From Octopus bimaculoides (taxonomy: Eukaryota), in assembly GCF_001194135.2 (NCBI RefSeq), contig NC_068981.1:30928388-30971916 (forward strand): DNA of 43,529 nucleotides, in the 5' to 3' direction. A model generated the notes under the pieces. The model saw nothing but the letters and a program-made list of their open reading frames with translations, had not been told where the DNA came from and searched no databases. Positions 10,661 to 23,884 of this stretch are shown in pieces. Each line of letters opens with the position of its first letter. The first letter of the stretch is position 1. The position numbers were made by a program, and so were the translations under genes.

Positions 10661-13030
10661 AACGATTACAATTACGACGATTACGCCAATGACGGTGATA
10701 ATGATGACGATGTTAATGATTGCTGGTATTGCTGATGAAGAATTAAAAAACGAAGAATTAAAAGAACGAAGAGAAAAATTTCAAAAAACAAGGAAGTCTA
10801 AAACGACAAGAAGTACCACAGTAGATATCGATGAATGAAGAAATGAAGAAAGAAGAAATAGAAGTGATGTATTTTCAGCAAGTGAGTACAAAGAACAAAA
10901 ATGTACATTGCATAACGCCAAGAGAAAGTATTGTTTACGACTGTATCAGCTATGATTGTATAATTGAAGACGATATCCATCAGAATTATCTCCTGAAAAT
11001 ACCAATATAATATTCTGAAACCAACACAGCACATTTCGCATCCAATCTGATGATCGAGAATATGAAATTCGAATTATCCGATGTAAGATGAGTGGGCCTG
11101 TGGGTAAAAGTCTTGATAAGTAATGACATAATATAAAGGTAAAGATATTAATCTCTAACAGGCATTACAAAAGACCTCTGCCAAGCATTATAAAGGATCT
11201 TTATTGTGTGTGTGAATAATTTGTTTATTTTGTCTCGCTTGTCATTCAAAGCTCTCCCCACCAATTTTTAACCGTATTACTTTTATTACTTAACTGTGGT
11301 GATGATATGATGAATAGGGATTTTATTCCTCTATCGCCCAGAATTACTAAGTCTTCGAGTTTATGTGACCCAGCATGTTGATTGATATAACAATTTCACT
11401 GGTTATTGATACATACACACGCATACACACACGCGCACACCACACCATACATATATAATTTAATACACTTAGTAATAAATGTGATTGAGGGAGGAAGGTA
11501 TCCTCACACCGGAAAACTAAGCAGAATACTCGCAACTGATTTGACTCAGTAAAAGGCACGCAATGTAGCAGTTGATGGTATTCTACTGAGCATAGGTGAC
11601 GGCAAGATCACATCTCAGAACACAAAGAGGCAGAACAACCACTCCATTGCATCCGGTATGGCATTCTTCACTACCTTGGAGCAGTACATTTTGTCCACCC
11701 CGAAACGATGAAAAGCAAAGTGGACCAGGAAGACAAGGTTGCGTTTGTATGTGCTGATGTGCACACCTCCCACACGCATTTGTGACTCCTCTTTAAGCCT
11801 ATTTATATACTGTGAACCCTTGGAAATGCGATAGCTATAATAACACCCAATTTACATAAACTAAACAATGCTTACAGCAGCCGGGATCGAAACACAGACC
11901 ACTGATTAGATTAATTTAAATGCCAAGATTTACTAACTGTCAAGTAGGCCTTAGCAGCAATCCTTATCATCCATATTATTTCTTAAGTTAGTGAGAGAGG
12001 ATGTATAGTGAACATGGCATTTGAAAGCCCTCTAAGAAGAGTGAGATTGATATACAGAATGCTTACTCTGAACATTAGAGAGTTCAATGTCTGCATGAAT
12101 AATTCAGAAGTGGAGAAAACAGAAGTGTAGTTCGGATAATTGTAATAGTGTGATTAACTCTAAAGCTTCCAAGGTCCAAGTATTGGTGCCAAAACTTTTG
12201 GCTGATTAGTCTTACCACCAAAACTTTTTCCTCTGAAGCAATACGTGATTGTTCACATATTCTTTCCGAACATATACTTAAAGATGAGGCATTTGACCCG
12301 AATGGGAGAAACGAAGTAAACAGTAAACAATAGGTGCAAATATAATTGTAGTGGGTTGATGTCAGCTTTCAATTAAATGTTTCAGAATTCAATGTATAAA
12401 TGGATAGGGTAAGGTCTATTGTATTTGTGTCATGATAAATAAAAGAGACATGACATTAATTCAAACAGTTGGTTGATACGTGACCTCTTCTTTGTATTCT
12501 TTTCACCAATTATGCTTACCGTGTAAGTTTTACTTCTTTATCCTTGCCACCTTAACTTATAACTTATATTGTACTAACCTTCAAGGGTCAATCTACAAAT
12601 TCAGCAAGAATTGTTCACGATTCTCACCCAAAAATAAGTAAATAAATAAAATAACAATCAGAAAAACCAATAACATTAAAGGAAACAAAAAAAAAAAAGA
12701 AGTATAACAAATATGTAACATAAGCTACATTTTTATTTGTTATATTTTTCTGTTTTGTTTTCGAATGGAACTCTCTTCATACAGCATTCTTGGTCAATGT
12801 AACAAAATTTATAGGAAACTATAATGCAAATGAAAAACTTTTTTCCCGTCAGGTCATAATTCTACAAGTCATTATTAGACACGAATTATCTTCGGTTCAG
12901 TCAATGTATGACTGTGAGCTATAATCATTGATTGAATGGTTTTCTCAGCATATTGGCTTCTTGCCTGACAGACGAAAAAAGAAAGCGTTATATGTGCCAC
13001 AGGACAAATTATTATTATATGACTCTTTTA

Positions 13031-13034
<4 letters not shown>

Positions 13035-13075
<41 letters not shown>

Positions 13076-13097
13076 TTGTGCGTGCGTATATATATAT

Positions 13098-13136
<39 letters not shown>

Positions 13137-13236
13137 CAAATACATATATATATATATATATACATGTACATATACATACATATGTATACACATACATATA
13201 ACTATACGTATATACATACATATATGTATTGAATAT

Positions 13237-13322
<86 letters not shown>

Positions 13323-13491
13323 CCAAAGAGAATATATACATATATGTGTGTATATATGATATACATACATGCAAGAAAACATATATGCATATAAATATAT
13401 ATATAAATAAATATATATATATATACAGAGAGAGAGAGAGATAGAGAGAGAGAGAGATAGAGAGAGAGAGAGATATAGAGAGAGAGAGATA

Positions 13492-13531
<40 letters not shown>

Positions 13532-13645
13532 TGTATGTATATACATATGTGTATGTATATATGTACGTATGTGCGTGTGTAAGTGTGTGTGTATATATAC
13601 ACACATACATACACACATGCACACACACACACACACACACACACA
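13035..13645. repeat. Long compound (TA)n/(AG)n/(CA)n microsatellite
   Basis: Read directly; source of six overlapping spurious ORFs. Confidence 0.97.
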
Positions 13646-14635
13646 TGAAAGAGAGTTGCACGAAACGAAATAATAATCTATTAATATTCTTACAGTGATA
13701 TCGAATATATGCCGAAAAAAGAAAACTCTTGTCAAATAAAAGACAAGAAAAGAAAGAAGAAAGAAAATGGTTAAAATATCTCCCTTTCGGCATCCATTGT
13801 CCGTGATGTGATATTACGTCTGTATAGCTATGAAGGAAGTGGCTGTCTTTGATTGTCCCAATATTGAATTCCAACTGCAGTAACTTTAGCGGGAAAGGCC
13901 CCCGAGGATTATTGGAATAGATAAGCTTATTCACACGTGAAAAAATCTCAAAGAGATGAATACTATGTGACTTCATCCGTTAACAGATTAGTATCCATCA
14001 CAATAAAAATCATATCATTGAAATGAAAACAGCGGTGCTACATTTAATTTATACTTCTATTAACTTCAATATGAGTTATTGAGAATCTATCATACTTTAA
14101 CTTGTACATAGAAAATATGACTATTTGAATTAAAAGAACCTTTTCTAGGATTAAATCATATATATTTTCCGTTTATCAGTCTGTTTGTTTGCTTCACTAC
14201 TTTTCGAAAGAAAATTAACTCGATTTTTCTTTACCTCATATAACTAAACTGAAGAACAGGGTAACAGGTTTACGTGGGAGAATGACCAACAAGAAATAGT
14301 CGTCAGATTCCCCTCAAGCTACATCTTAACATTTAAAAAAATAAGACATAGCTTGGGCTCTGGATATGTTGTCTGAAAATAAGATGCAATGGTTATGGTC
14401 GGAACGCTTTGGTTAAGTGTTTACCTCATCATACTTGATTTACAGTTAAATAATTGATTGACACCAGTAGTTGAATATTACTTTAATTTATAGACACAGA
14501 GGCGAGATGAATGGAACGTTCACTCCGGTGATATTTGAACATGGATCGTAGTCGGCATGAGAAAGCATCACAAGGAATATCTCCGGAGCTTTGATGGTGC
14601 TGCCAACATCAGAGATAAATAATGACTTCAAATTT

Positions 14636-15140
14636 AGGCTCAAAGCCAACAGTTTTGAGGGGAAGGAATTAATCGAACAGATCGAACTCAGTATTTAGCT
14701 GGTACTTTTTTTTAAAGAACTATGAGAGACTATAGGGAAAGTTGACCTCTGTGTAAGTTGAACAAGGAAGGTAAAGATAACACAGTCTGAAACAAAAGTA
14801 TATCTCTAACAGTAGTTCAGTTATTACTATTTAGCTCTGAGGGGCTCTTTCTGGTTCTTTACATTCTGAGTTCAAATCCTGCTGAGTTCAGCTTAGCTTT
14901 TTATCCAGGGTCGATGAAACAGAGTACCAATTCAAGTACTGGCGTTCGTCGCAATCAACTAAAACCTTCCCTTTAATAGCGCTGGCTTTGCGCGAAAATT
15001 TGGGAAAATCATACGTTGGCAAGCTGGCAGAATCGTTGTTGCGTCGAACAAAATGCGATTTTTTCCCCACATTTTACGTTCAAATTCTGCCGTAGTTGAC
15101 TTTGACGTTCAACTTTCCGCGGTCGAGAAAGTTAAGTGGC
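14636..15140. mobile_element. Cluster of degenerate SINE family A-like fragments (- at about 14636-14760; + at about 14860-14942 and 15018-15140)
   Basis: TTCTGAGTTCAAATCCTG...GGGTCGATGAAACAGAGTACC and GCTGGCAGAATCGTT...GTTCAAATTCTGCCGTAGTTGACTTTG resemble family A. More diverged than the other copies. Confidence 0.6.
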
Positions 15141-16464
15141 AATCATATAGTGCGTTCGATGGTGTTTACTAACGCTCACTTCGAAATTGTGAACTGGTGC
15201 CTAAATCAGGAAACATAATTGAATTCTAAAAGTGCTGAGTGTTGTCAAATTGCTCTCTATATTCTGTGGATTGCTCTTTATTTTGAGTTTAAATGTCACA
15301 TATATTGTGTAGTTACTGTATTTCGGGTATTCTATACATAGATGTAAATAAATAAGTAATAAATATTAACAAACAATGGTTTATATAATAGAATGTAATC
15401 TAGATCAGACGTCATAAGAAATAACATGCTCTAAATCACTCGCTGTGGAATCACCACGCAGTGTAAGAGTACTAGGCCCATAATCTAGAGGCTCGTAAAA
15501 TGGAACTACCCTGCGAAGAAATGGACGTTTACATCGCAGTTGAGTTATATACAAATATATCCGCCATATACATGTGTACGTACCTACAGGGCTTAAGTGC
15601 AGGAACGAAATTAGCATATGGGATTCAAACCCAGCTCCCAAAATCTTTTTATGAACAAGGTCATTTTTTTAAATCTTAATATCAAAACAAATATAGGTTT
15701 AACAATAATAATTATTATATTTGTACATTAACCAAATCAGATAAATCCGATAATGGAAAAGTAATGTTTCAAATCAGTCCAAAAAGGTTTCTTCGCTCGT
15801 TCGTTTTGGCGATGAAGTTTTACAGAAAGATGTTCAAAGTGTTTTCGTTGTCTCATCTCATCAAAACAGTTGAGGAGTGTACTTTACCCACTGTACACCC
15901 TGTTCTCGAGCCTATTCTACTAAGGTGGGTAAAAATGATTTTATACCATAGAAATTTATGCAGGAGCAAGAGGTCAACAACCGACCGCGTACATTGCAAC
16001 GCAAATAGCGGTTTCACTTTGTATATATGATCGCAATGTAATTCTTCAAAATTATAACATAATGGTATAATATTAAAACGGCGTGTTACAAAATAATTAG
16101 TAATTACATTAGTTAGCGATCAATTTCTTGATATTCACATAGCAATTAAAAGCAGTTATTTTAATTATTGCAAGTATCAATATAAATTTTGAAACACCAA
16201 TTTTCTTTATTTTTAAATTTTAATTAGTATTGTCTCGTTGTTGAAGATTGAAACTTTGAATACGATTCTACAATATTGCTGGAAATGACATCTGTCAATA
16301 CCCTGTAGGCTTTTCTTTAAAATCTGTTAAAACTTCGTAGCCTAGCGGCAAAAATTTTCTATCTGTGTAATGAAAACGAAAAGCAGAAGAAAAAAAGTCA
16401 CACGTGTTAACCGTTTCAACCAAATGTAAACAGATAATAATAATAATAATAATAATAATAATTA

Positions 16465-16657
16465 GGAGTGGCTGTGTGGTAAGTGTAGGCACAGGAGTGG
16501 CTGTATGGTAAGTAGCTTGCTTACCAACCACATGGTTCCGGGTTCATTTCCACTGCGTGGTATCTTGGGCAGGCGTCTTCTACTATAGCCTCATAGCCTC
16601 GAGCTGACCAAAGTCTTGTGAGTGGATTTGGTAGACGGAAACTGAAAGAAGCCCGTC

Positions 16658-16697
<40 letters not shown>

Positions 16698-16920
16698 NNN
16701 NNNNNNNGTGTGTGTGTTTGCGTGTCTGTGTTTGTTCCCCCAACATCGCTTGACAACCGATGCTGGTGTGTATAGGTCTCGTAACCTAGCGGTTCGGCAA
16801 AAGAGACCGATAGAATAAGTACTAGGCATCCAAAGAGTAAGCCCTGGGGTCGGTTTGCTCGACTAAAGGCAGTGCTCTAGCATGGCCGCATTCAAATTAC
16901 TGAAACAAGTAAAAGAGTAA
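16465..16920 (+). mobile_element. tRNA-derived SINE family C, full length, with internal (AT)n/(GT)n and a duplicated 5' head
   Basis: GGAGTGGCTGT(G/A)TGGTAAGT occurs twice (16465 and about 16494). B box GGGTTCATTTCC. Internal microsatellite with an N-gap at 16698-16707. Tail GTGCTCTAGCATGGCCGCA...TGAAACAAGTAAAAGAG. Preceded by (AAT)n. Confidence 0.9.
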
Positions 16921-16949
16921 AAAAAAAAGAATGATAATAATAAATTTTG

Positions 16950-17125
16950 GCACGATGCCAGCAAAATTGGAGGCGGATGTAAGTTGATTATAAGTACCTC
17001 AATTTTTGACTGGTACTTATTTTATCGAACTCGACAGGATGAATGGCAAAGTCGGCGGAATATGATTAAAAATAATAATAATCTTTTCTACTATATGCGC
17101 AAGGCCTGAATTTTTGGGAAATGTG
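16950..17125 (-). mobile_element. SINE family A fragments
   Basis: GACTGGTACTTATTTTATCGA...AGGATGAATGGCAAAGTCGGCGG and the tail ATAATCTTTTCTACTATATGCGCAAGGCCTGAATTTTTGGG are reverse complements of family A parts. Confidence 0.7.
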
Positions 17126-17129
17126 TGGC

Positions 17130-18400
17130 ATGGGCAGAATTATGTCTGTACAGTCGTGCATTTCTAAACTGGTGATCTTGTTGACTGGTGCGGGTGGGTC
17201 TTCTTTCGGCTGTGAAGCTGCAGGTGATGTTGTCTTTCTCGGGTTTGGTGTCGGCACTTGCTGCTTATATTGATGAACGAATCTATTCTGCAGTTGTTGT
17301 TGACCTGGACGCTGCCGTTCTTGACATTGATGTTGCTGTTGTTGGTGCTGCCTTTGTTGCATTTTATGCTGATGCTGTGTTAGAGGCGTCTGCAGTAGCA
17401 AAAATATTCCTCTTCTTTGCATAGGCAGAAAGTCTTCTAGTGGTTTGTCTCGTCACAAATGTGGCATGTGGACTTTCTATTCTCGACTGTTACAAATAGC
17501 TGTGTATCATGAAGAGATTGATCAGATCAGGGATAGCTTCGATATTTCATCATCGGAGTGTATCAATGATTCGGTTCCCATACTTGACTCATTTTCCTTA
17601 CCCAGTTTGTGTAATTGGAGGATTATTATTTTATTCTCTCTGCCTTATAATACAACTGCCACCAGCAAAGTTAGGTCCACTTCTGGTGGTAATTCTTCCA
17701 TGTTTATTTTCACCACACTCCGTTCAATGTATATCGGAATTATCCACAAATCCCCAACTTGGAGGGATCTTTTGCACATTCTTGGGCTTTTTCTTCAGTT
17801 GGGAATCTCAACTCAACTGTACCAAAGTTCCTCTAACGGGCGACAGTTTTTATCTCTTAGATTGGTCTTAAGCATTTTTAGATCTGAGCATGTGTTTCTC
17901 GCGCCAGTCTCCTTGTTGTAGATGAAATACACTTGTAGATAATAGTTTTTTTCAGTAAATTCTTGTGTTTTCTTTGGTGTGTTTAGAAATATTGTTCTCC
18001 CATTCTTCGGCAGGAACGCTTTGGCGTCACTTAACGTTTTCCCGTCAGGTCAATTCTTTCCAAACAAAATGTTGGTGGTAGTGGTGGATTCGCTGTTACA
18101 TCTGGCCGTGGAGGTAGAAGTGTTCTTGCTAGTTTTGTTTTTGCTTTTTGCTGACATTTTTCACTTTTTTTTTTTTTTGGTTCCTGTAATGGTGATGGCA
18201 GTGCTGAAACTTTTAGTAGCAGAAACTTAGCTTCATACTTTTCCCTGTTGTTCTTGCTAATGCAGCTGTTGCTGTTGTAACTGCTGCTACTGCTGTCACT
18301 GATTTTTACGATTTCACTCTTCCGTTCAGCGGCCGTGTTTGCTAAACAATTCTAATTTAGCCCCTCAAGCTACAAGGAGAGAAAACTAACCAGCTCCCTT
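17130..18400 (-). pseudogene. Decayed gag-like LINE ORF1 (L1/Tx1-like) with CCHC zinc knuckle
   Basis: Minus-strand translation: NFGTVELRFPTEEKAQECAK / SLQVGDLWIIPIYIERSVVKINMEELPPEVDLTLLVAVVL*GRENKIIILQL. Then LFVTVENRKSTCHICDETNH*KTFC (CX2CX4HX4C at 17425-17466), then a Q/P/T-rich tail. Homologous to 18669-19175. Confidence 0.8.
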
Positions 18401-18522
18401 ATGTTCTGGTTAGGTTAACTATAAAACCGTAATAGATCTTCAATATATAACTTTATATAACAATAGAAATAATAGTTCCACAAACGAACAGTAATAATAG
18501 TAATATGACTCTCATGGCTGTG

Positions 18523-18663
18523 GGCGACCTGGCAGAAACGTTAGCACGCCAGGCGAAATGCTAAGCGGTATTTCGTCTGCCGTTACGTTCTGTGTTCAAA
18601 TTCTGCCGAGGTCGACTTTACCTTTCATCCTTTCGGGGTTGATAAATTAAGTACCAGTTACGG
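18523..18663 (+). mobile_element. SINE family A, 3'-truncated
   Basis: GGCGACCTGGCAGAAACGTTAGCACGCCAGGCGAAATG...GTTCAAATTCTGCCGAGGTCGACTTT...GATAAATTAAGTACCAGTTACG. A and B boxes recognisable. Confidence 0.92.
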
Positions 18664-18668
18664 GTCAA

Positions 18669-19175
18669 ATGGAGAAGGTGTTAGGACCAATATGGCATGA
18701 AATTGTGTACCTTGCGAGAGGTACTAAGTTTGGAGTAGTGGAGGTGAGATTCAAGGAAGTGGCAACAGCAAAAAAGCACGCAGCGACTACCATCAAGAGT
18801 GAGGAAGTGGTGCTTTTGCCCACTTACCGTGGACAACGTGCGACCAGAGTTAGGGTGGGGGTAATTCCGCCAGAGATAGATGTGGCCTGGATAGCAGCCG
18901 CTGTCCTTCTGGGAAATGAGGACAACATAGCAGTTCTCCAGGCCACAAAAACGCAAAGTGTTATATGAAAGGGATAGATACTGGACATGATTATTCAAAG
19001 TTCAACCGAAGCACTACAAAACATTACAGAAACAATAATTATGGATGACGTGATAATGATGGTTAGCGAGGAGGGCAGAATCCCTCGATGCTTTAAATGT
19101 GGCTTGAAGAGCCACATCAGAGCGGACTGCCCTTCGTATAAACGCGTGCTAAACAAGGTACACGACAATGACTAG
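18669..19175 (+). pseudogene. Decayed gag-like LINE ORF1 (L1/Tx1-like) with CCHC zinc knuckle
   Basis: The two track ORFs 18669-18968 and 18987-19175 are one reading frame broken by TGA (18966) and TAG (18975). It reads ...RGTKFGVVEVRFKEVATAKKHA...LPTYRGQRATRVRVGVIPPEID...VSEEGRIPRCFKCGLKSHIRADC (knuckle at 19089-19130). Confidence 0.85.
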
Positions 19176-19178
19176 GCT

Positions 19179-19640
19179 ACGATCATCTGGGATATGCCAG
19201 TTCAAACTGATAAAGAAATCAAAGCTAATCTCCCAGACATAATAATCAAGGAAAATAAAACACCTGCTTACAAATAAACATTGCAGTCCCTTCTGACCAA
19301 AATATTTTACAAACAGAAGTGAAGTACAAAGATCTCGAAATTGAAGTATTTAAGATGTGGGGCATGCAGGTGAAAACAATACCATCAACGACTGAGGCAT
19401 CGGGTATGATAAAACAAAAGGTATGAATCAAAACTTAGAAGCTATATCAGGACAGGCAACACTACACACTATCCAGAAAATTGCCTTGCTAGGAACAGAC
19501 CAGATTCTATACAAAACACTATTAATTTAATAGTACAACCCACAAACAGTAGGCACACCACACTATACAGTAAATATCAAATAAATTAAACAACCACATG
19601 TACTCTACAGGTCGGACACTCAGCAAAAGAACACAGCTTG
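19179..19640 (+). mobile_element. RLE-type (R4/Dong-like) LINE 3' fragment: endonuclease, stop codon and probable 3' UTR
   Basis: IIWDMPVQTDKEIKANLPDIIIK / CLQINIAVPSDQNI...KYKDLEIEVFKMWGMQVKTIP / IQKIALLGTDQILYKTLLI* (stop at 19528-19530), with two frameshifts. The 3' UTR boundary is uncertain. Confidence 0.88.
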
Positions 19641-21089
19641 CATTATTCACACAATACAATATCAACACTCATACAACAAAAGAAAAAAAAACACAAGCGA
19701 AACCCCATAACAAAACAAACTGATCCAATACAACACCGGGAAGGGTTTGTACTCCTCCAAACAAAACAAAAAAAAAAGGAGAAAAACCGAGAACATAACG
19801 CTGCACATACTTCAGCAATACTGTGTAGCAAATGGTGCCGTAGAAATTTGCCTGAAACTACCAAATATTGAACAAAAATGATAATAATGATAAAAATCAT
19901 TAGAAGTTAAGGTCGTATTTAACACACACACACACACACACTCAAACAATCATATATGCAGGAAAAGTTACGCGATATATAAATTATAGGGAACCATGTA
20001 AAGAAAAAACCTTCATGATAGAAATATAGAAGATAAATTTATATAAATTTATATATGTCTCACGCACCTACACACAACAGAAAAAGAATCATAATGAATG
20101 GCTAAGTAAATATTATAACAGGGAATGGTATGTAACTGAATGTCAGAGTATAAATTAGAAGAAATGTTTGGTTAAAAAATATAGAAACAGAACTCACAGA
20201 TTGATAGTGGATTTATAACTATATAGTAGTTATAGTGTGAAGGATAACTTGGACAAGCCTTCGGTTATCGGATAATTACTTCAATTTATAGTGTTTCAGT
20301 AATATTCCCCTGACAGAAATTGAACAGTACAGGAAATAATCCATCAACTGTCAAGCAGAAAATGCAATTTGTAATTCTACCCTCAATACACATTTCATGT
20401 GAGAACAACCAAGGCATAGAAATAAAATCTACTAATTTAATTTTTGTTTGTTCTTTTTCTTTCAATAACGACTAGAATTTACTCTTTTCTCTTTTGTTTG
20501 GTTTCATTTTGTTTACAAACTAAAGCCTCACAGCACTTTACTAATCTTTTGTTCTAGAAATACAACTGGGCAATTTGGTAGTTTGTCAAGCTACCTTCCA
20601 AAAAGTTAATGGTTCGTATCCTGACACTACGCTACGTCAATGGCAAAAAAAGGCCCAGATCATATCGATTGCATCTATTTACCTGTTAGCGTATATCATA
20701 TTTAAATATCATTTCATATGATTAATCATTATTTCATTCACTTTATGATTATGTTTAAACCGTAGCATGGTTATAATTACGAGAGATTGGTAAATCGGGT
20801 TAACGTGTCTGAGATGCATTACATAATATGAACATTTCATTAATGTTCCATCATACTTTCTGCTTTTGGTTTTTTCGAGAAGTCAGAGAAAGAAGGTAAG
20901 CGTCATGAACTGTTCCAGGCCTACGAGACTAATGAAAACAAAAAAATAAAATAGATGAAATTTTTCTAAAATAATTATAAAATGTATCTGGCACGAATGC
21001 GTGTAATTGTGGGAAATCTTTTAATGGCGCCCCATCGGTTACGCAACGAGTGTTTGAGTTGATAAAATCAAAAGAACAGCTTCCTTAAG

Positions 21090-21345
21090 AAATTAGCGCC
21101 CAAGTGGCTGAGCACTCCACAGATATGCATACACTTAATGTAGTTCTCAGAGAGATTTAGCGTGATTCAGAGTGTGACAAGGCAGGACCTTTGAAATACA
21201 AACAACTAATTTTTGCCAGCTGAGTTAACTGGAACAACAAGAAATAAAGTGTTTTTCTCAAGGATACAATGCGCCTCTCAGAATCGAACTCATGACTTCA
21301 CGACCGTGAGGCGAATATTCAAGACACTAGGTCACGCGCCTTCGC
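21090..21345 (-). mobile_element. SINE related to family B (tRNA head plus shared body)
   Basis: The minus strand starts GAAGGCGCGTGACCTAGTG...GAGTTCGATTCTG (A/B-box-like). The body GTGGCTGAGCACTCCACAGA...GTAGTTCTCAG...GTGTGACAAGGC matches 26930-27000. Confidence 0.75.
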
Positions 21346-21394
21346 TGAAATCTTTCAAACACACTCAGTGACAAAGAGCTGTATGTCACATGGG

Positions 21395-21550
21395 TTTTCA
21401 TTTCGCGTCTTATAAATTTCACTGATATGGATTTGGTTAAGCGGAGGCTATAATGGAAGGTTCTTCTTCAATGTGTTATGTTATAAGACCAAACTAAAGC
21501 CATATAGTAGCGAACAACGCTTCTTAATCACGCAGCCTTACTTGCACACA
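21395..21550 (-). mobile_element. Degenerate SINE family C 5' fragment
   Basis: GGATTTGGTTAAGCGGAGGCTATAATGGAAGG...CTTCTTAATCACGCAGCC resembles the reverse complement of 16494-16620. Confidence 0.5.
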
Positions 21551-22244
21551 AATACATGCATGTATATGTAAGTAGGTATATACATGTGTATATGTATAGG
21601 TGTATATGTATACACAAATATATCAACACCCTTTACTTTTGCAGTTTAAGTGTAAATTGATACTAGTATTTTGGTGGTGAATCTGTCATTCATCAGTCAT
21701 AATACAGACCATATTTTGAACTCAATTTGAATACCGGTCCATTAAATCATGTTAAATCATCTTTACTAAATTTTATGCAGATACACATACACACAAATAT
21801 AGCATAGATACATACGTACCCCACCCACGTATACAAATATAGACATACACATATAAATACAATAAATACACACACACATATATATATATATATGCACACA
21901 CATACACACACGTATACATACACAGATATGTATAGACATATATGTAAATTATAAGAAAGGATAAAATCGTTAAAAATTTTATCAGTGCCCAGCAAATAAC
22001 AAGGTTTTTCTATGCCCTTAATTATAATTATACATATATGTATTAAATTAATAATAAAATACATATGTATATAATTATATTACGGGTTCAAAGGCGAAAA
22101 CGACCTACATTCAGCATACTTGAAGTGCCGATACAAAGAACTACTAAACACTCCAGATAAATATATACATGCCTGAGAGCGAGCTAATGAAAGAATATTA
22201 AAAAGACCTCACGTTAATTGTGAAGAATTGGTTCCAATTTCTAG

Positions 22245-22376
22245 ATTAAAGCGAAATATAAGCTTTCTTCCTTCATCAACACAATACACGGGGAAATACA
22301 AGTCCAGATAATTGTAGATAACGTACAAAGCAGGTTTACACGTCTACATACAAGTATTTGCACGTATAGATCTATG
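22245..22376 (+). other. Candidate internal exon of an unidentified host gene (132 nt)
   Basis: TTTCTAG acceptor and ATG/GTAAGT donor. Only one open frame: IKAKYKLSSFINTIHGEIQVQIIVDNVQSRFTRLHTSICTYRSM. No protein family recognised. Confidence 0.25.
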
Positions 22377-23383
22377 GTAAGTCAATTTTGAATCCCCTCA
22401 CGACAGCCACCTGTATATCATAAGAATAGTTATGCAGTAAATGCTATTCCGGCCAGGAGTAAAAATAATTAAATTATTTAATTTTAATTTTATTTATTAA
22501 TTCATAATAGAATATAAGGATAAAAACCATGTTCATCTGGAGTTTTTGGTAGTTTTTTGAAAGTATTGGCAATTCGAGCATGCTGGACATAGGTCGACGT
22601 TTCTCAATTCTTATGACGTTAACAGAAACAGACACTCTTTAACCACCTGGATCGCATTTCCTTGTCTAAAGAACCTTATTAAAGAAATCTATAGGTGCTA
22701 TAATCATCTGGAAATATGTAAAATACTACCTGGAGTATCGATATTTATAATATCACTAGCTGGAATTAAGTAGCAGTGAAAAGCTGAAAAACGAAATTAT
22801 CCGTAAGAGTTTTATAGGCATACACTAATACATATCGATTTTCCTCGTTGATCTACGTTATTCGGCAATTTTGTTTTACTTTTAAAGAAATATATCCCTT
22901 ATTTTTATGGAAGTATGTTTTAGAATGATTTTAATTCGTGTTCTCCAGGTAAGAATGTTAACTAATAATATTCCCGAAATAACTGCTACATTATAAGTAC
23001 TGAAACGTCTACAGGAAGCCTTCATATGTTTTATGTTCACATATTCAATTGTTAAGTGGGGTTCCTATTTTTATTGTGTGGATGTGTGGTTGTGTATATA
23101 TGTGTGCGTTAGATTATTGTTTCATTTGGTTTGCAATTATCCTTATACATAGAACAAGATATACATCGGTTGGAAGGTACATCTTATGTCTTGCATGTTC
23201 GACTGTTATAGAGAAATAACATGTATATCTGTTTTTATCAAAGCTTTCCCTCTGACGACATCTAAACATTTAAAGCTGCATAGACAAAGAGCTATTACTT
23301 TTCTAAATTAGAAGAATCTGTTGGGTAAAAATGATTGAAACGAGTCAAAATCGAATTAAAAATAAATAATTCGCGTTACTAAA

Positions 23384-23540
23384 ACTGGCACTCCGTCGGT
23401 TATGTTGACAAGCCTTCAGTTTGATCCCAGCAACGAAACAACCCGCTCGTGAAATTTAATGTGCAATGATTGGGCACTCCACAGGTACATGTACCCTTAA
23501 CGTAGTTCTCATGGAGATTCAGCGCAGTACAGAATACAGG
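23384..23540 (-). mobile_element. SINE family B 3' fragment
   Basis: AACTGGCACTCCGTCGGTTA...GCTCGTGAAATTTAATGTGCAA...GCACTCCACAG...TGTACCCTTAACGTAGTTCTC matches the reverse complement of 26945-27075. Confidence 0.8.
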
Positions 23541-23884
23541 TCCTACTCATTTCTGCGAACTGATTGGACTGTAACAACGTGCTGCCGGTAACTGTAATCA
23601 GTTCTATTACTGAAATCCCTTACCACTAAGTCACTCGCCTTCACAATGTTACTAAATAATCAACCTGCTAGAAATAGCAGTCAAATCTTCCTTAGGTTTC
23701 GCACTACCGTCCTGAACGTCGAAAAGAACAGAATAGAGAAGGTGAGATACAACTCTGCAGAGGATGGCTTGGGACAAGTATGGGTAACCATATCTTTAAA
23801 CGTGGTAAATAAAATATAGCTGTTAAAAAATATTCTTTAGGATGCAGTTAAACATTCGAATACTTTTATTCATACTATTATTAA

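Noticed and set aside
10260-11040. K/R/E-rich short open frames around the trinucleotide repeats
   Set aside because: Explained by purine-rich low complexity. The frames are broken by stops and have no recognisable domain.
12945-13976. 343-aa minus ORF, the longest with little or no X
   Set aside because: Two thirds is microsatellite. The first 110 aa or so match nothing I recognise and include a purine/pyrimidine low-complexity tract.
15764-16030. 88-aa ORF and a minus-strand HFEHL peptide suggesting a Tc1 C-terminus
   Set aside because: No convincing SPDL/DDE motifs or TIR nearby, so the similarity could be chance.
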